A stretch of DNA of 64,000 nt from the human T2T-CHM13v2.0 reference genome, Homo sapiens. Where the stretch lies: NCBI RefSeq assembly GCF_009914755.1, contig NC_060930.1; one strand, written 5' to 3'. The number at the start of each line of letters is the position of its first letter. The first letter of the stretch is position 1. Position numbers and translations under genes: made by a program. The notes under the pieces are model-generated. The model saw only the letters and a program-made list of their open reading frames with translations, was not told where the DNA came from and ran no database searches. This document shows positions 58,998 through 64,000 of the stretch, one piece after another.

Positions 58998-59389
58998 CAT
59001 TTGTGTTTTTACCTTTGAATTCTGTAGCATGTAATTTGCATCACTATTCATGCTTGTTATAAGATGATGCTGCTTAGAAAATTTCACAGCAATCTCAAGG
59101 CTTTCTGACTACCACGTCTTATTTGTGGTTTTAACAATTCAATGATGCCAGTGAGAAAAATATTATTACTGTTACCTCATTGTATGCTTGGCACATAGAA
59201 GACAGTTGGTAAATATGAGTTGAATAGGTGTCAGTTTTTGACAAAGAAACAAAACCTCAAAGATACTTTCAAGTTTACACAGTTAAGAAACAGCAAAACC
59301 ACGTCTTAGCATATACCTTGATCTTCAGGTTCCCAATCCAAGATGCTTTGCATTACCAGGGCTGCCTCTCATATTCTGCCTTGTTTTTA

Positions 59390-59575
59390 CATGCTCACAC
59401 ACTCTCACACACACAGAAGCATAACACACTCATATATATGCTCACACTCTCACAGTTACTCTTAGATACATTCACACAGAGACATATACACACAGTCACA
59501 CACAAACACATATGTACCCACACACTCACACTTTCTCACACACTAACATATACACTCACACAAGCACACACAGAG
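59390..59575. repeat. Degenerate CA-rich low-complexity tract
   Basis: Direct reading. Confidence 0.85.
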
Positions 59576-60730
59576 CTTACCTACTAGATTGAAATATCTT
59601 ACCTACCACATTGAAATTGTGTTCCAGTGTGAATGACTAGTAAAAACTGGTTTTTAGTCCACCCACAGTGAGGCTTGCAAAGAAGTTGTTTATTGAATTT
59701 AAACAGCAGAAATACCTATTCAATGACAAATAAACATGCTGCACTATCCTGAGAAGTAATTTAAATAAACTACAATAAACAAAAGTTTATCTATTCTTTC
59801 TTAAAGCTCTCTTGTGCTCTACTGAGAAGGAGACTGACTGACTGAAATGAAAAAATAATAATAATCCAGGAACAACCAGAAATGAAGATGTACAGGAAGT
59901 AGAGGATTCTTCAACCGGAAGTGAAGATGCACACGAAATTTGAGGATTTCTTTCTACACACTGTCCCCTATGCCCACCTGGGAGAATTCTAACCTCCTTT
60001 TCAGCCAAGTTCTCACACCTGCAATCTGAACAGTTGGGAACCACCAAGAAAGATGTCCTTACTCCCAAGAGGACCAGACAAGTTGAGGAGGCAGCAGGAC
60101 GCCGACGGGACCAGAATGATCTTCACGAACCCTCAAATCTCTCAAGTCTCCAGTCTCCATACCCATAGCAAACCACTGTACCTGGGAGTATTCCTTAGGC
60201 CACTCTGTGAGGTGTTATGTCTGCCTTCAGTGCTAACTGAGAGTGCTGTCTTCAGAGTCTAACTTCACTGCTAAATGCAGGTGTCTGCATTTCCAGATAT
60301 TAATAGCTTGAATGTTGTTTGGTGACACATATTATAAGTACATAAAAACATACCCATTGTAAGAGATCATGCTGGTTGTTTACTTTCTCCAGTTTCTATT
60401 ACCTGTGGAATTAATAATGAATATTTTAAAAGTATTATTTGAGAGTCATCAGTGAAATCATTTAGCTTGAATTATCAGTTCTTGAATTAGCTGAGGTGGG
60501 GGAGCGAAGATGGGTCATGAGTGGAACCAGAGGAAAAGATGATGCCAAAGGAACATCACCACTCTCATCCAGAATCAGGATTTTGAAGCGTTGCCTTAGG
60601 TGGAAACTGACTGCTACCATATGGTTGCATTTTCCAGGGCAAAATAAATCAATTAAAAATGTCTACAGAGGGGCCAAGTATTACAGTCTTTTTGTCTGTT
60701 TCTAAGACTTATTTCATCACCAATATTAGT

Positions 60731-61035
60731 TATTGAAGAAAACATGGGCAACCAACCTATGAAACAAAATGAAAAACTTAAACCATAATGAAATACCTGC
60801 TATCATACCGAAGCAGTCCCCAATCAATAAGCAATTTGGTTTCCAGAGAATGAGAATCCTACTCGCCAAAGAGAATCTGAGGCACCAATTCTTTTTTGAT
60901 GCTATTCCCTCTACTCCAGTTTCTGCCTGTCTAGAGTCCTTCCATCCTTTAAGCCTAGATCAACGTCTACTCCTCCAGAAAATACTACTTCATTAGCTCT
61001 TTCCATTCCTCTAACACATAGAATGTATTGATTTT
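60731..61035 (+). repeat. About 300-bp dispersed direct repeat, copy 2
   Basis: Matches 58690-58997. Confidence 0.92.
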
Positions 61036-61059
61036 AGGAATATATAAATAAAAAGAATC

Positions 61060-61180
61060 CCAGTGCGATGTGCAGTATGTGGGTAATGGATACACTAAAA
61101 GCTCCAACTTCACCACTAAGAAATATCTCCATGCAACAAAATTGCATTTGGATCCCTTAAACATATACAAACTTTTTAAA
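61060..61180 (+). mobile_element. Very short L1 3' terminus (L1PB/L1MA-like)
   Basis: gggtaatggatacactaaaagctccaacttcaccac...ccatgcaacaaaattgca. Confidence 0.7.
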
Positions 61181-61285
61181 ATCCTGTTTTTATTCTAATA
61201 TTTAATAAATATGTAACTCCTTTGCTAACATAAGAAACACTTTATGAATGACGAGACTGTATTGACACCAATTAACATCCTTCCG

Positions 61286-61355
61286 GGTCGGGCGCACTAG
61301 CTCACACCTGTAATCCTAGCACTTTGGGAGGCGGAGGCAGGAGGATCACAAGGTT
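61286..61355 (+). mobile_element. Alu 5' fragment only (about 70 nt)
   Basis: ggtcgggcgcactagctcacacctgtaatcctagcactttgggaggc...ggatcacaagg, then unrelated sequence. Confidence 0.85.
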
Positions 61356-61833
61356 AAAACAGTCCATGAAATTATTCCCATTTTAAAGTTCATTCGCATT
61401 TTAAAGCTCAATATTTTTATATTTAAATTTTTAAAATTTATAATTATTCCCATTTGAAGCTCAGGGAATTTTTAAGAGGCTTTTCTGAGGACATACAAGC
61501 CAGCATGTGACAGAAAACAGTCTAGATGCAAACCACATCTTCTCATTTTAACTCAAGTGCCTCTGGGATCTGTTGGAGGCATGAATACAGTCCATGTGTT
61601 TTGACCCAAGTCCACTACTCTTCACACAGTGACACAGTCGACAAATTAAAAATATGACCCCCAGAGGGTCATGGGTGAAAAAAGTGACAAAGATTGTTTT
61701 ACATGCACAACAGCCATTTAGTTAAAAAGAAATCACGAACCTATCTTATTTTAACCTCTTAAGTGTTAGAGGGAGTGAAGGTATAGGAATACTTTCTGGG
61801 CCGGATTTGGATCTAAGTATTTGTATACTTAAA

Positions 61834-62048
61834 GCAGAGTCTCTCAACAGCAACACTACTGAAATTTGGGGCCAGCTATTTCTCCTATGTAGGAGTGACG
61901 GAGACTGTCCTATGCATCTTGGGCTATTTTGCAACATCCCTGGACTCTACTCACTAGATGCCAGTAGTGATAACAAAAAGTGTGTCATTTTTGACAGACA
62001 TTGCCTCTCTGAGAAGCAAAACTCACTCTTCCCCTTATTGAGAACCAT
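61834..62048 (-). mobile_element. MER20-like MITE
   Basis: tctctcaac...gcaacatccctggactctactcactagatgccagtag...ttgagaacca. Confidence 0.7.
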
Positions 62049-62499
62049 AGACTTAGAAGTATGATTTATTTTTTTCTGCACCTGAAAGGAGTTCTATTTA
62101 ATCTGAATTATAAAATGTAACTGAGAAATGTTCCAAACTTCCTTCAGATGTAGAAGAAATCCAAAAACAGACTGTTCTCCCACACCAAGTGTGAGAAAAT
62201 TGCCCGACCACATATTACCAAGAGCAACTATCTTGTAGTTGACAGTGACTTCCCTGACCTTCGATTTTCTGCCACGGATGGAACATTCACCATACATTGT
62301 ATCCTGATGGCACAAAAGCATGCCATGAGCAGTAACATACTTAGAGGATGTTAAGAATTCGGGGGAATTTTGTCATTCAGATATTTTTACGTAAAATATG
62401 ACAAATGCATGAACTGTGGTACTAGAACCCAAGGGGGTTTGTGCCAGTGTGAAATGAGTAAGAGAGGAAACCAAAACCAAAAAAAAAAAAAAAAAAAAA

Positions 62500-63760
62500 A
62501 AAGTGAATCCACCTGATCAACTGATTTTCAATAAAGGTTCCAGAGTAATTCAATGGAGGTATAAAAGTTTTTTCAACAGTGGTGCTAGATCAACTGGAAG
62601 TCCATATGGAAAAAAAAAATTAACTTTTACCATACAACATTTACAAAAGTTAACTTGAAATAGAACACAGATCTAAACATAAAACCTAAAACTACAAAAA
62701 TTCTTAGAAAGACACAGGGGCAAAAATCTTCACAACTTTGGAGTAAGCAAAGATAGAATATATATATATATATGATATTGGATTTCATCAAAACGTAAAA
62801 CTTTTTCTTTTTGAAAAGTACCATTAATTATGTAAAAGGCTGGGGATAAATATTGGCAATACATCTAGCACACCAGAATTTGTATCCAGAATACATAAAG
62901 AACTCTCACAACTAAAGAAGAAGACAAACAACTCAATTTTTTAAATGGGCAAAAAATTTGAATGAACATTTCACAAAAGGAAAGATATATAAATGGTCAA
63001 TAAGCCCAGGAAAAGACGCTTCATGTCACTGGTCATAAAGAAAATGCAAACCAAAGCCACAGAAAGATAACACTGCACATGCATGAGATTTTCTAACATG
63101 TAAAAGGTTGACCATACCAAGTGTCGGCAAGGATGAAGAGGGATGGGAACCTTCATGTAGCGCCAATGGGATGTAAAATGGGACAAACATTTTGGAAAAC
63201 AGTTCAGTCATTTCTTAAAATGTTAAAATACACCTACCATACCATCCAGTCATTCCAGTTCTAGCCATTGACCCACAAGATACAAACAAATGTGCCCACA
63301 TTTGAATATGAAAATATTCATAGCAGCTTTCTTTATAACCAAATACTTTGAAAAACTCAAAATTAAAATATATCCATACAGTGGAATACTACTCAGCAAT
63401 AAAAAGGAATGAACTATTAATATATGTAATAATATGGATGAATCTTAAAATTATTATGTCAAGTAGAAGAGACCAGGCAATAAAGACAATATACTATATG
63501 ATTCCATTTGTATAAATTCTATAACATGAAAACCAATTTGTAGTGATGGGAAGCAGGTTGGTGTTTCCTGGGGTTGATGTGGAAGGAGACATGAATTTCA
63601 AAAAGGTACAAGGAAATTTGTACACAGACAGACATGTTTGCTAACTTGATTGTGATGATGACTTTAAGGGTGTGTACCTGTGTCAAAACTGTTGAAATCG
63701 TAAACTTTAAATATACGTAGTTTATTGCACTTCAATTTTAGCTCAATAAAATAAAAAGGA
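62500..63760 (+). mobile_element. Old L1 (L1MB/MC/ME-like) ORF2 end and 3'UTR
   Basis: caactgattttcaataaagg, gtggaatactactcagcaataaaaagg, cttgattgtgatgatg, aataaa end. Confidence 0.8.
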
Positions 63761-63981
63761 ACAAGTTGTAGGAAAATAAAAAGTTTCATCTACCTAATAG
63801 AAATTGTGATGAAGGATACAATTCACCCCAAACATCTTTTATTCCAAAGTAACCACTAAAGACAATTTTGGTAAAGTTATATGTTGCATAAACATCCAAC
63901 CCATGACATAGCTGTGCTTGGGAACCAGTCTAACTAGTGTATCTTGACTTTCAGGCCAGAATTTAAAATAACAAAAACATA

Positions 63982-64000
63982 CACACACACACACACACAC
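63982..64000. repeat. (CA)n microsatellite running off the window edge
   Basis: Direct reading. Confidence 0.9.

Noticed and set aside
59228-59587. 119-aa His/Thr-rich ORF
   Set aside because: Translation of a degenerate CA repeat.
59787-60262. ORFs of 93 and 69 aa in unique sequence
   Set aside because: No recognisable homology, splice structure or processed-pseudogene hallmarks.

Overview
Primate (human or great-ape) genomic DNA, mostly intronic and repeat-rich. I recognise the 5' part of OFCC1 (orofacial cleft 1 candidate 1 / MRDS1; orthologue of fish ojoplano; human 6p24.3, the gene desert next to TFAP2A) on the minus strand. Three spliced exons (11968-12028, 5926-5992, 5454-5630) give [49 protein letters not shown]...AEPKG. 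The gene continues off the left edge. The most interesting signal is an exon about 38 kb further upstream (50089-50219/50243/50294) with a strong donor. It splices in frame onto the ATG exon and would add 60-68 N-terminal residues. The intervening intron holds a full-length L1PA2-like element inserted into an Alu linker (16-bp TSD, ORF1 stop read-through, broken ORF2, truncated ORF0), a solo LTR12, a probable L1 3' transduction and a Tigger13-like element with a pogo transposase fossil. Several local templated duplications and snap-back junctions are scattered through the window. There are no RNA genes, CRISPR arrays or prokaryotic features, and I cannot support a wholly new biological system. 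Repeat subfamily names come from recalled consensus sequences, and boundaries of old repeats are approximate.
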